DNA from: an uncultured Acidobacteriota bacterium
GTDB lineage: Bacteria; Acidobacteriota; Thermoanaerobaculia; Multivoradales; SZUA-115
DNA length: 64,000 nt
Reading direction: 5' to 3'
Assembly (NCBI GenBank): GCA_963805975.1
Contig: CAWDVR010000006.1
Span: 224,001 to 288,000 of the forward strand
Positions 1 through 11,693 of this stretch are shown in pieces. The translations under genes and the position numbers were made by a program. Numbering within the stretch: position 1 is the stretch's first letter; each line of letters begins with the position of its first letter. The notes beneath the pieces are model-generated. The model worked only from the letters and a program-made list of their open reading frames with translations. It was not told the origin of the DNA and did not search any database.

Positions 1-390
1 CGCCAGCGCCACGGCCAGCGGGCTCTCCTTCTGCACCAGCGTGGTGATGCTGTCCGGATCGAACACCTCGGGGGAGCGGTAGTAGGCCCGCAGGTACTCG
101 ATGCCGGCGTCGTAGGTTGCCTTGGAGCCCTGGCTCTTGGTCGATTCGTAGAGATCCCGGAACTCGGCGGTCTTGGCCTCCAGCAGATCCGGCCGCGGCA
201 GCACGCCGCAGATCAGCGAATGGGTGGAGACCCCGAGGGGCGAGCCCACCTGGCGCACGGTGACCAGCGGCGCCACCCCGACGTGCGGCGCGCCGTTCTT
301 CTCCTCCATGGTGTGGGCGCGCAGCGCCACCTGCCAGGCCAGAAAATCCCGCGGCAGAGGCGGGTAGCTCGAGGCTTCCTTGCGCAGCAT
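1..390 (-). CDS. Hypothetical protein continuing the heme/iron uptake operon (partial, runs off the left edge)
   Basis: Not in the ORF track. ATG at 390 preceded by AGGAG; open frame MLRKEASSYPPLPRDFLAWQVALRAHTMEEKNGAPHVGVAPLVTV...YYRSPEVFDPDSITTLVQKESPLAVALA to the edge, with GC3-rich codons. Confidence 0.7.
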   Translation of the reverse strand, partial: MLRKEASSYPPLPRDFLAWQVALRAHTMEEKNGAPHVGVAPLVTVRQVGSPLGVSTHSLICGVLPRPDLLEAKTAEFRDLYESTKSQGSKATYDAGIEYLRAYYRSPEVFDPDSITTLVQKESPLAVALA

Positions 391-434
391 GGGCTCTCCT
401 GTCGACTCGGGGCCGCTCGGCGGCGCCCTGAGTA

Positions 435-1265
435 TCACATCGGTCGGCTGGGGTCGCCAGGGCCGAGCACGCGCAGGGCCAGGCCCTCGCCGTCGTTTCG
501 CACCTCGGCGCGCACCCCGTAGACGTCGAGCAGCATGGCCGGGGTGATGGTCGCGGCGGGCGACCCCGTTTCGTAGAGCCGTCCACGTTGTACCACCGCC
601 ACGCGATGGGCGAGCCAGGCGGCCTCTTCGAGGTCGTGCAGAACGACGGCGATGGTGGTGCCGCGCTCCCGGTTGAGCCGCTGAAGGAGCGCCAGCACCT
701 CCCAGCGCTGGCGCAGGTCGAGGCTGGCGGCCGGTTCGTCGAGGAGCAGGACCGGGGCGTCCTGGGCGAAGACCACGGCCAGCCAGACGCGCCGGCGCTC
801 GCCGCCCGAGAGCGTCGTGACCGCGCGGCTCCGCAGATCTTCGAGCCCCATCCAGGCCAGGGCCTCGGCCACCGCGCGGCGGTCTGCCGGTGACGGGGGA
901 GCGAGCCACCGTCGGTGGGGGTGGCGGCCGGAGGCGACCAGGGCCTCCACCGTCAGCCCGTCCGGGCAACGAGGCTCCTGGGGCAGGCGGGCCACCCGGC
1001 ACGCGAAGGAGCGCCGGCGCCAGCGCCAGGCGTCGACACCGTCCAGGCGGACCTCGCCACGGCGGGGCTCCACGTCGCGCGCGAGCGCGGCCAGCAGGGT
1101 CGATTTGCCGGAGCCGTTGGGGCCTACCAAGGCCAGGATCTCGCCAGGGAAGAGCTCGAGGTCGACGTCCCGCAGGGCGTCGTGAGGCTGCCGGGGATGC
1201 CGGAAGTGGAGATCGGCTGCGGTCAAGGTCGCACTGGGAACGGTCGCGCTGGGAATTGCGGTCAT
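435..1265 (-). CDS. Heme/iron-siderophore ABC transporter ATP-binding protein (HmuV/FecE family)
   Basis: Walker A GPNGSGKST, signature LSGGE, Walker B LLLDEP, VLHDL. ATG at 1265 overlaps the permease stop (ATGA). Confidence 0.9.
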   Translation of the reverse strand: MTAIPSATVPSATLTAADLHFRHPRQPHDALRDVDLELFPGEILALVGPNGSGKSTLLAALARDVEPRRGEVRLDGVDAWRWRRRSFACRVARLPQEPRCPDGLTVEALVASGRHPHRRWLAPPSPADRRAVAEALAWMGLEDLRSRAVTTLSGGERRRVWLAVVFAQDAPVLLLDEPAASLDLRQRWEVLALLQRLNRERGTTIAVVLHDLEEAAWLAHRVAVVQRGRLYETGSPAATITPAMLLDVYGVRAEVRNDGEGLALRVLGPGDPSRPM

Positions 1266-2281
1266 GCCGTCTGCCTCCACAGGAGCACCAGGAAGTAGGG
1301 CCCGCCGATCAGGGCGAGGAGAGCGCCCACCGGCAGCTCGACCGGCGCCACCAGGGTGCGTCCGGCCAGGTCGGCGGCGACCACCAGGGCGGCGCCGCCG
1401 AGCACCACCAGCGGCAGCAGGCGGCGGTGCTGGGGGCCGACCGCCAGCCGCAGCGCATTGGGCACCATCAGACCGACGAACCCGACCAATCCGGCGACGG
1501 CGACGGCAGAGGCTGCCAGCCAGCAGGCGAGGGCCGCGGCACCGAGCCGCGTGCGCCGGGCCGCGAGACCAAGGCCGCCGGCGCTCGCGTCGTCGAGCAG
1601 CAGCAGGTCGAGGGGTCGCGCCGCGAGGAGGGCCGCTCCCAATCCCAGTGCCACCGGCAGGGCCGCGAGCTGCACCTCGCGCCAGGTCGTGCTGTGGAGA
1701 GTGCCGACGGTGAAGCCCAGGAACTCCGGTGCCCGGTCGGCGTGGAAGAAGGTGAGCAGGGCGAGCAGCGAGAAGAGAATCGCCTGGATCGCCACCCCGG
1801 CCAAGACCAGCCGCAGGGGGTTGCCGGCGCCCCGACCGGCGGTCGCGAGGAAGACGAGCGCGACGGCGACGAGCGCTCCACCGAAAGCAAGCAGCGGCAG
1901 CAGGTAGAGATGGTTGGGCAGGAAGAGCAGCGTGGCCACGGCGGCCAGCCCGGCGCCGGCGGAGACGCCCAGTAGGCCGGCGTCGGCGAGCGGGTTCTGC
2001 ACCGCGGTCTGCACCAGGCAGCCGGCGGCCGCCAGGGCCCCACCCACCAGCACTCCACCCGCGACCCGCGGAAAGCGGACCCGCCAGAGCACGCCGTGGA
2101 GGGGATGGGTGGGGTCGGTGATGGCGGCCGGAAGCTCCGCGAGCGGCACGGCGACCGCGCCTTTGGACAGCGCGAGGGCCACCACGCCGATCAGAACCAC
2201 CAGCAGCGTCGGTGCGGCGAGCCCGGAGCGCCGGCGCAGAAACTCACGCCAGAGAGTGGCTCGAGCCACCCAACGGCTCAC
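1262..2281 (-). CDS. FecCD/HmuU/BtuC-family ABC permease
   Basis: Multi-TM with RFPR, QTAVQNPLADAGLLGVSAGA, GLVGFVGLMVP and ELPVG...GGPYF motifs. Confidence 0.92.
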   Translation of the reverse strand: MSRWVARATLWREFLRRRSGLAAPTLLVVLIGVVALALSKGAVAVPLAELPAAITDPTHPLHGVLWRVRFPRVAGGVLVGGALAAAGCLVQTAVQNPLADAGLLGVSAGAGLAAVATLLFLPNHLYLLPLLAFGGALVAVALVFLATAGRGAGNPLRLVLAGVAIQAILFSLLALLTFFHADRAPEFLGFTVGTLHSTTWREVQLAALPVALGLGAALLAARPLDLLLLDDASAGGLGLAARRTRLGAAALACWLAASAVAVAGLVGFVGLMVPNALRLAVGPQHRRLLPLVVLGGAALVVAADLAGRTLVAPVELPVGALLALIGGPYFLVLLWRQTA

Positions 2282-3105
2282 CGCGAAGGCTCGGCGAGCA
2301 GAGCGACCACGACCTCGGCGGCCTCCGCCATCCTCAAGCCCGGGTTGGTGGCGAAGAGGTGAGGATCCAGCACGTGGACCGGCACTTCGCCGTGCCCGAA
2401 TCGGGCCCAGGTCTCGCCGAAGGCCTTGGCCACCACCGCCGGGCTGCCATGGGCGAGCAGCAGCACGTGGTCCGGATAGCTCGCCGCCAGCACCTCGTCG
2501 GCGAGCTGAACGTAACCCGGCATGGTTTCCTTGCCGCCGGAGGTTCGCTCCGAGGGCACCCCGAGCCGCGCGAGCAGGTCGCCCAGCCAGGTCCGCGGCG
2601 TGATCAGCAGGAAGGAGCCCGGCGCGCCGAACAGCGGCAGCACGCTCTGGTGGCCGTCCGTGGACAGCGCCGCCAACCGCTTCTCGACCGCGGCGATCCT
2701 GCTCTCGAGAAGAGACTCGGCGCCCGCCCGACGCGCGACCGCACGCAACCCCTCGAAGGTCGCGGCCACGGATTCGGCGCGCACCATCAGCACCTCGGCG
2801 CCCATAGCTTCGAGGCGGGGCCGCAGCAGGGCGTGCAGGCGTTCGTCGGCGACGATGAGATCAGGCCGGGCGGCGACCAGAGGCTCGAGGTTCGGCTGGT
2901 GGGGGCTGCCGAGATCCACCACGGCTGCCGGCGTCGGTTCGTCGAGCTGCCGGCGGACCGCCGCGACCAGGAGGGCCCGCCCCGGCCACTCCGGCACCGC
3001 TTCCGAGACGAAAGGCACCAGGCTCGCCACGCGCAGCGGCTCGGCCGTCGCGGGAGACGCCAGCAGCAGCGCGAGAAGGCCGGGCAATGCTCTGCGCAGG
3101 CTCAC
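2278..3105 (-). CDS. Periplasmic substrate-binding protein (Peripla_BP_2; HmuT/BtuF-like)
   Basis: Sec signal ending ATA, RVASL, PNLE.LVAARPDLI; translationally coupled to the permease. Confidence 0.85.
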   Translation of the reverse strand: MSLRRALPGLLALLLASPATAEPLRVASLVPFVSEAVPEWPGRALLVAAVRRQLDEPTPAAVVDLGSPHQPNLEPLVAARPDLIVADERLHALLRPRLEAMGAEVLMVRAESVAATFEGLRAVARRAGAESLLESRIAAVEKRLAALSTDGHQSVLPLFGAPGSFLLITPRTWLGDLLARLGVPSERTSGGKETMPGYVQLADEVLAASYPDHVLLLAHGSPAVVAKAFGETWARFGHGEVPVHVLDPHLFATNPGLRMAEAAEVVVALLAEPSR

Positions 3106-3524
3106 GCCGCCTCCTCTTCGAGGGCCAGCGGCTCCCCGGCGGCGAGCTCGGCGTGCAGAGTGAGAAAGCGCTCGAGGCGGGTCGCGTCGAAATCCTCTTT
3201 CGGAGCCCGGTAGAGATAGATCCTGAGGAAGGGCTCGGCCGCCTCCTGCTCGCGGAGCTCGAAGAACAGCACTTGGCGCCCAGAGCGCTGGTGGGTCTCG
3301 TCAGCCGATCGAAGATGGCGGAAGCGGGAGACGTCGAGATGCCAGTGGTAGGCGTCGGTCATCACGTTGACGTAGCCCTGGGTGATCCCCCAGGGGCCGA
3401 GGGCCCCGATCGCCTCGAACGTGCTGGGGCCGCTCTGCGTGATGATCCGCAGCGGCGAGAGCGCCGCCAGCTCGGTGAAGAACCGGCGAGCGGTCCAGGG
3501 ACTGTGAGCGCCGGCTTCCGGCAT
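3102..3524 (-). CDS. ChuX/HutX-family heme utilisation/carrier protein
   Basis: 140 aa with the FE...GYVN....HWHL...FLRIYLYR pattern typical of ChuX/HutX; GGAGG RBS; first gene of the ABC operon. Confidence 0.7.
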   Translation of the reverse strand: MPEAGAHSPWTARRFFTELAALSPLRIITQSGPSTFEAIGALGPWGITQGYVNVMTDAYHWHLDVSRFRHLRSADETHQRSGRQVLFFELREQEAAEPFLRIYLYRAPKEDFDATRLERFLTLHAELAAGEPLALEEEAA

Positions 3525-3538
3525 GCGAACGGCCTCCT

Positions 3539-3555
3539 TTGAGAATCGATCTCAA
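3539..3555. promoter_or_regulatory. Fur-box-like imperfect palindrome
   Basis: TTGAGAATCGATCTCAA resembles the 7-1-7 TGAtAATnATTaTCA consensus and lies between the promoter and the RBS of the heme operon. Confidence 0.55.
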
Positions 3556-3567
3556 CAAAGACCGGAC

Positions 3568-3597
3568 ATTCTGGACCTCAGCGGTCCGGATTGTCAA
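3568..3597 (-). promoter_or_regulatory. Putative sigma70 promoter of the heme operon
   Basis: Minus-strand TTGACA-N18-CAGAAT. Confidence 0.45.
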
Positions 3598-3613
3598 GAA
3601 CGCCGGCGAGGTA

Positions 3614-6316
<2,703 letters not shown>

Positions 6317-6525
6317 GGAGGTGTCACCGTGCAGGAAGAGCGAACGGTCGGAGAGCGCTCGAGAGAGTGCCGGGGACGACGGTTCGCATCAGGGGAATAG
6401 GTTTGGGAGACTTCGGGACGGCGCTCCGGCGCCGCCAGAACGGAAACAGCATCGAGCCTAGCAGAGATTCCCGGCGCGCCCCGAGCGAGGAGACAGGCGC
6501 AGGGACGGTGGGACGGATCTGCCGA

Positions 6526-7404
6526 TCAGTGGTTCAGGTCTTCGGCCAGGATGTAGTTCAGCGGGTCGACCGGCGTGCCGTCCACGTGTACCTCGTAGTG
6601 CAGGTGGTAGCCGGTGGCGCGTCCGGAGTTGCCGACCGCGCCGATGGTCTCGCCACGCTTGACTCGCTGGCCCGGACGGACGCCGATCTGCGACAGGTGG
6701 CCGTAGCGCGTCGTAAGGCCGTAGCCGTGCGAGACGAAGATCGCCTTGCCGAGGCCGCCGTGGGGGCCCGTGCCGAGCACGATGCCGTCGGCCGGCGCGG
6801 CGACCGGGTAGCCGGCCGGAGCCGAGATGTCGAGCGCCGGGTGGAACGCGGAGCGGCCGGTGAACGGATCGCGCCTATAGCCGAAGCCGCAGGTGAGGAT
6901 GCCCTTGACCGGCGAGATGGTCGGCGTGGCCGCGATCCGCTCCTGCTGGCTCTCCATCCGCTGCTGGACCTCGTCGAGCTGATGACCGATCTGCCCGGCG
7001 CGGATCTCGACCGACTCGAGGTAGGACTCGTAGGAGTCGGACCCGGCCGCGAGATCGCCGCCGATACCGGCCTGCTCGGTCGCCGTCAGGGTGTCGATGC
7101 CCGCGGCCAGGGCGAGCTTGCGAGTGCGGTCCTCGTAGAGGCTGATCTGCTGCTGGAGGCGTCGGATGGTGGAGTCGAAGGAGAGGTTGGCCTGGCGGAG
7201 GGTCTCGTTTTCCAGTTGCAAGCGCTGGACGTCGTGTCCGGCCGTAGCGCGGTGCAAGTAGTACCAGAGGCTCGCTCCGGAGGCTACCAGGGCGAGCGCG
7301 AAGGTGGCCAGGCACAAGCGTAGTCGGCGGGAGCTAACCCGCCATTTATGCATCTTGGCGCGGGCATGCGGCACCAAGATGACGGTGTGATACCGATCAG
7401 GCAT
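6526..7404 (-). CDS. M23-family metallopeptidase with N-terminal TM and coiled coil
   Basis: H.ALD and HLHYEV zinc motifs, TRYGHLS; immediately upstream of secA. Confidence 0.92.
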   Translation of the reverse strand: MPDRYHTVILVPHARAKMHKWRVSSRRLRLCLATFALALVASGASLWYYLHRATAGHDVQRLQLENETLRQANLSFDSTIRRLQQQISLYEDRTRKLALAAGIDTLTATEQAGIGGDLAAGSDSYESYLESVEIRAGQIGHQLDEVQQRMESQQERIAATPTISPVKGILTCGFGYRRDPFTGRSAFHPALDISAPAGYPVAAPADGIVLGTGPHGGLGKAIFVSHGYGLTTRYGHLSQIGVRPGQRVKRGETIGAVGNSGRATGYHLHYEVHVDGTPVDPLNYILAEDLNH

Positions 7405-7719
7405 CTCGCGGTGTCTGGAGTACTAACCGTACGTTTCGATTGCTTCGAACTGCGGCATTGTACTGGTCCGCGAGGAGATGTCAAATGCTGTGCCACAATG
7501 CGGCCATCTTTCTGCCACATTCCCCGGCGGGTAGGCTGGCGCGTTTCCTGTCCCTCCTGGCGCGGCCGGAAGCACCCTATTCCTGAAGCGTCCTGTGTAC
7601 TGCTCCAAGAAGCCCCACCTCTCGCGGTCTTGACAAGCCGTGCGCACCTGCGCACCTCTTTCTCTCGTTATTTTGGTACCAGGTTCTTGTTACCAGCTAC
7701 CTTACCGAAGGAGAATTCG

Positions 7720-10700
7720 ATGCCTGATTTTCGTGTAGAAGCGTCCCTGCGAGGGGCCGCGCTGCTCCTCGCCCTGGCCGCGCTGGTGGCGGCAAGCCCG
7801 CTCGTGGCCGCGGATTTTCCCCGGACCGTGAGCTATCAGGGTGAGTCTCTCGACACCGCCGGACAGCCGCTCGGCGGCAGCCACGACATGACGTTCCGCT
7901 ACTTCGATCCCGACGGGAGAGAGCTCCTGGTCGAGACGATCGAATCCGTAGAGGTCACGGCAGGGCGCTTCGCGGTAGAGCTCGGAACCGGCACTTTCGC
8001 GAGCTCGGGGACCTACAGCTCGCTCGAGGCGATGTTCGCCGCCCATCCGAAGGTCGAGATGGAAGTGGTGGTGGACGGGCTCGCCTACGAGCCGCGCCTG
8101 GGGATCCTGCCCGCGGGTCACTCGCTCAAGTCCCGCCTGGTCGCCGCCGGCGTCCGCCAGGAGGAGGACAGCGAGGTGCACTGGAAGGGCTACGAGTCCC
8201 GCGGCGGCGCCACCGCCGTCCAGTCCGGCGTCCTGGCCCCCAAGGGCTCGCAGCCCCAGGCCGCGCTCGCCGAGGGCGCCGTCTGGCGGCGGCCCTACAC
8301 CCTGCCGGTGATCGGCCCGAGCTTGAGCCCCGAGGTTCGCTCGCTGCCCAAGGTTCAGCCGCGGCCGGCCACCCACGAGGCCAAGGAGATCAACCGGCCA
8401 CGCCACGAGGGCCTGTTCGACGAGCGGGGAAACCGCTTCGGCACCATCGCCCCGAAAGAGGACGACTATCTGGCCGGCGTGACGGGAACCTTCGTTCGCA
8501 CCCCACCCGTCTCCTCGAGCTTCGAGGGCGTCAACAATGTCAGCGGCGTGCTGCCCCCGGACACCGAGATGGCTGTGGGCCCGAACCACATCGTGCAGGT
8601 GGTGAACCTGGCCTTCGCGGTCTACAACAAGTCCGGCACGCTCTTGGCCGGCCCTTCGAACACCAACACCCTCTGGGCCGGCTTCGGCGGCCCCTGCCAG
8701 ACCGACAACAGCGGCGACGCGATCTTCCTCTACGATCGCCAAGCCGACCGCTTCGTGCTTACCCAGTTCGCGGTGGCGGCGGGCCACCAGTCGGTGTGCT
8801 TCGCGGTTTCGCAGACCTCGAACCCCACCGGCGCCTACTTCCGCTACGAGGTGGTGACGCCGCGCTTCCCGGACTACTACAAGGTAGGCGCCTGGGCGGC
8901 GGCCAACAACAACGCCTACTTCTTCGGCACCAACTCGGGCTTCCAGAGCCAGTACGACGTCTTCGCGGTGGACCGTGAGCGCATGCTCCTGGGCCAGGCC
9001 GCGCGGCCGATGCAATTCTTCCAGAACTTCACCAACCTGATGATGCCCGCCGATGTCGACAGCCCGACCGGCCCGGCCGCCAACGCTCCCGGCCTGCTCT
9101 ACAACTTCAAGGACGGCGGTGAGCCCTACTTCGGCAGCCCCGCCACCGACCGGCTGGACGTCTACGCCTTCGACATCGACTGGACGACGCCCGCCAACAC
9201 CACGCTCACCCTGATCGCGGGGCTCACCCCGGCTCAGGGCCTCGCGAATTTCAACTGGACGGTGTGCGGCTTCTTCGTTTCGAACTGCATCCCGCAGCCG
9301 AGCACGGCGCAGGGCATCGACAGCGCCTCGTGGTGGCCGATGCAGCGCCTGGTCTACCGCAACTTCGGCAGCCACGAGACCCTGGTGGGCAGCTGGACCG
9401 TGGACGTGAACGCCACCGGCAACCGCGCCGCGCCGCGCTGGTTCGAGCTGCGCAACACTGGCTCCGGCTGGTCGATCTTCCAGCAGGGCACGCACTCGCC
9501 GGACGCCGTCCACCGCTTCATGCCCTCGGCAGCCATGGACGGCAGCGGCAATATCGCTCTGGGCTATAGCCGCTCGGACGGCAGCAACTTCCCGTCGATC
9601 TACTACGCCACCCGCGACGCCGCCGACCCTCTCGGCACCCTGCAAACGGAGGCACTGCTCTTCGCCGGCACCGGTTCGCAAACTCACTCCGCGGCGCGCT
9701 GGGGCGACTACTCCTCGATGGAGCTCGACCCGGCCGACGACTGCACCTTCTGGTTCACCACCGAGTATCTGGCCACGACCAGCGCTTCGTCGTGGCGCAC
9801 CCGCATCGGCTCGTTCAAGATGCCGAGCTGCGGCGGGCCGGTGAACAACCCGCCGGCGGTCACGATCACCGCCCCGGCCAACAACTCGAGCTTCAACGTC
9901 GGCACCTCGGTCAGCTTCAGCGGCACGGCGACCGACGTCCAGGACGGCAACCTCTCGGCCAACCTTTCCTGGACCTCGTCCCTCAACGGCGCCATCGGCT
10001 CGGGCGCTTCATTCTCCACCTCGGCGCTCTCGCTCGGCACCCACACCATCACGGCCTCGGTGACCGACTCCGGCGGCCTGCCCGGCAGCGCGGCGATCAC
10101 CGTCAACATCGTCGACCCCAACAGCAACGGCCCGCAGACCGCGGTCTACAACGCCACCCGCGGCGCGCCGGTCTGCACCATCGCCGGCAGCTCCTGCACC
10201 TCGAGCACGCTGCTCAACGGCCGCGCCACGCTGGGCCCGGAGCCGAATCAGCCGAACACGCTCGACACCTGCACCGACGGCACCTCGGGGACCTTCCACA
10301 GCGACGAGTCGAACGACCGCATCGTGGTCTCGACCCTCGACGGCACGGACTTCGCCGCCGGCAAGACGGTGCGCATCGATGCCACGGTCTGGGCCTGGAC
10401 CACTCCCAGCTCGGACGCGCTCGACCTCTACTACGCCGCCAACGCCGTCACCCCGTCGTGGGTGTTCCTCACCACCCTCGTGCCAGGGGCGGCCGGTGCC
10501 CAGACGCTCACTACCACCTACACCCTCCCCAGCGGCACGCTTCAGGCCGTCCGGGCGCGCTTCCGCTACCAGGGCAGCGCCACTGCCTGCGGTACCGGGG
10601 CCTACGACGACCATGACGACCTCGCCTTCGCCGTCAATTCCGGCGGCGGTAACACCGCGCCCACGGTCGCGATCACGGCACCGGCCAACGGCTCGAGCTT

Positions 10701-11508
10701 CACGGCCGGCACCTCCGTGACCTTCACCGGCACCGCCAGCGACGCCCAGGACGGCAACATCTCCGCTGGCCTCGCTTGGACCTCGTCGATCAACGGGGCC
10801 ATCGGCAGCGGCGCCTCGTTCTCGACCTCGGCCCTATCGGTCGGCGCCCACACCATCACCGCCTCGGTGACCGACTCGGGCGGCCTGCCCGGCTCGGCCA
10901 ACATCACGGTGAACATCACCTCGGTGGTGCCGGTCACCGTGACCTTCTTCTCGACGGCGGCCGAGGACGGCCGCATCTGGGAGAACGGCGAGAACGGCAA
11001 TGTCGGCGGCGGCGGCGTCTCCGCCGAGAACCTCACCACGTCTCTCCGCGTCGGCGACACCGACGTCGACGAGCAGTACAAGAACATCGTGTCCTTCAAC
11101 ACCGCGTCGATCCCGGACACCGCCACCATCACCGCCGCCACCCTGCAGCTGCGGCGGGGCGCGATCTCCGGCAGCACGCCGTTCACCTCCCACGGTCCCT
11201 GCGTGGCGGACATCTCGACCGGTGGTTTCGGCGGCTCGGCGGCCTTCGCCTTCGCCGACTGGCAGGCGGCGGCGACGGCGACCAACGTGGCGACGATGTC
11301 GGCACCGGCTTCGAACGGCGCCGCTTCGACCGGCACGCTCTCGGCCGCCGGGCGCGCGGCGATCAGCAAGACCGGCGTGACCCAGCTCAGGGTCTACTGC
11401 ACGCTGGGAGACAACGACGACCTGGGCTACGACTACATCGGCTTCTATGCCGGCGAGAACGCCACCCAGGCCAACAAGCCGCAGTTGACGGTGACGTACA
11501 CGCCTTGA
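7720..11508 (+). CDS. Large secreted multidomain protein, paralog 1 (~1262 aa): signal, N-terminal beta domain, PPD...RWGDY core, two Ig-like modules, Cys-rich module, DNRLRE-like C-terminal domain
   Basis: AAGGAG RBS before ATG 7720; Sec signal; PPDTEMAVGPNHIVQVVN, DYYK and RWGDYSSMELDPADDCTFW motifs; N.PP.V.ITAP.N Ig-like modules. Confidence 0.85.
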   Translation: MPDFRVEASLRGAALLLALAALVAASPLVAADFPRTVSYQGESLDTAGQPLGGSHDMTFRYFDPDGRELLVETIESVEVTAGRFAVELGTGTFASSGTYSSLEAMFAAHPKVEMEVVVDGLAYEPRLGILPAGHSLKSRLVAAGVRQEEDSEVHWKGYESRGGATAVQSGVLAPKGSQPQAALAEGAVWRRPYTLPVIGPSLSPEVRSLPKVQPRPATHEAKEINRPRHEGLFDERGNRFGTIAPKEDDYLAGVTGTFVRTPPVSSSFEGVNNVSGVLPPDTEMAVGPNHIVQVVNLAFAVYNKSGTLLAGPSNTNTLWAGFGGPCQTDNSGDAIFLYDRQADRFVLTQFAVAAGHQSVCFAVSQTSNPTGAYFRYEVVTPRFPDYYKVGAWAAANNNAYFFGTNSGFQSQYDVFAVDRERMLLGQAARPMQFFQNFTNLMMPADVDSPTGPAANAPGLLYNFKDGGEPYFGSPATDRLDVYAFDIDWTTPANTTLTLIAGLTPAQGLANFNWTVCGFFVSNCIPQPSTAQGIDSASWWPMQRLVYRNFGSHETLVGSWTVDVNATGNRAAPRWFELRNTGSGWSIFQQGTHSPDAVHRFMPSAAMDGSGNIALGYSRSDGSNFPSIYYATRDAADPLGTLQTEALLFAGTGSQTHSAARWGDYSSMELDPADDCTFWFTTEYLATTSASSWRTRIGSFKMPSCGGPVNNPPAVTITAPANNSSFNVGTSVSFSGTATDVQDGNLSANLSWTSSLNGAIGSGASFSTSALSLGTHTITASVTDSGGLPGSAAITVNIVDPNSNGPQTAVYNATRGAPVCTIAGSSCTSSTLLNGRATLGPEPNQPNTLDTCTDGTSGTFHSDESNDRIVVSTLDGTDFAAGKTVRIDATVWAWTTPSSDALDLYYAANAVTPSWVFLTTLVPGAAGAQTLTTTYTLPSGTLQAVRARFRYQGSATACGTGAYDDHDDLAFAVNSGGGNTAPTVAITAPANGSSFTAGTSVTFTGTASDAQDGNISAGLAWTSSINGAIGSGASFSTSALSVGAHTITASVTDSGGLPGSANITVNITSVVPVTVTFFSTAAEDGRIWENGENGNVGGGGVSAENLTTSLRVGDTDVDEQYKNIVSFNTASIPDTATITAATLQLRRGAISGSTPFTSHGPCVADISTGGFGGSAAFAFADWQAAATATNVATMSAPASNGAASTGTLSAAGRAAISKTGVTQLRVYCTLGDNDDLGYDYIGFYAGENATQANKPQLTVTYTP

Positions 11509-11515
11509 TCTTGCC

Positions 11516-11663
11516 CGCGCGCGAGGCGTTGGATCGCCTCGCGCGCGCTGGTCGCGAGCGATTGAGATTGCTCGCCAGCACAAGCGCCCCTGCGGGACGG
11601 GGAGCCTTACTCTCCATCCTGGCAGGGGCGTTGATGGCAGCGAGGCGTTGGAACGCCTCGCTG
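11516..11663. repeat. Intergenic array of four hairpins including two copies of a 22-nt palindrome
   Basis: GCGAGGCGTTGGATCGCCTCGC (11521-11542) and GCGAGGCGTTGGAACGCCTCGC (11640-11661), with two other stems between them. Confidence 0.7.
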
Positions 11664-11693
11664 AGGCTGACACCTCAACCCAAGGAGGACTCG

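Noticed and set aside
3525-3613. Cobalamin riboswitch / BtuFCD interpretation of the ABC operon
   Set aside because: The leader is too short for the riboswitch; the ChuX-like gene and Fur-like box favour heme/iron.
7348-7719. 124-aa N-terminal extension of the 1386-aa ORF
   Set aside because: It overlaps the divergent M23 gene and its promoter region; the RBS and signal peptide place the start at 7720.
10776-11693. Upstream part of the 1288-aa ORF
   Set aside because: It is an out-of-frame shadow of paralog 1; the real gene starts at 11694 after AAGGAGG.
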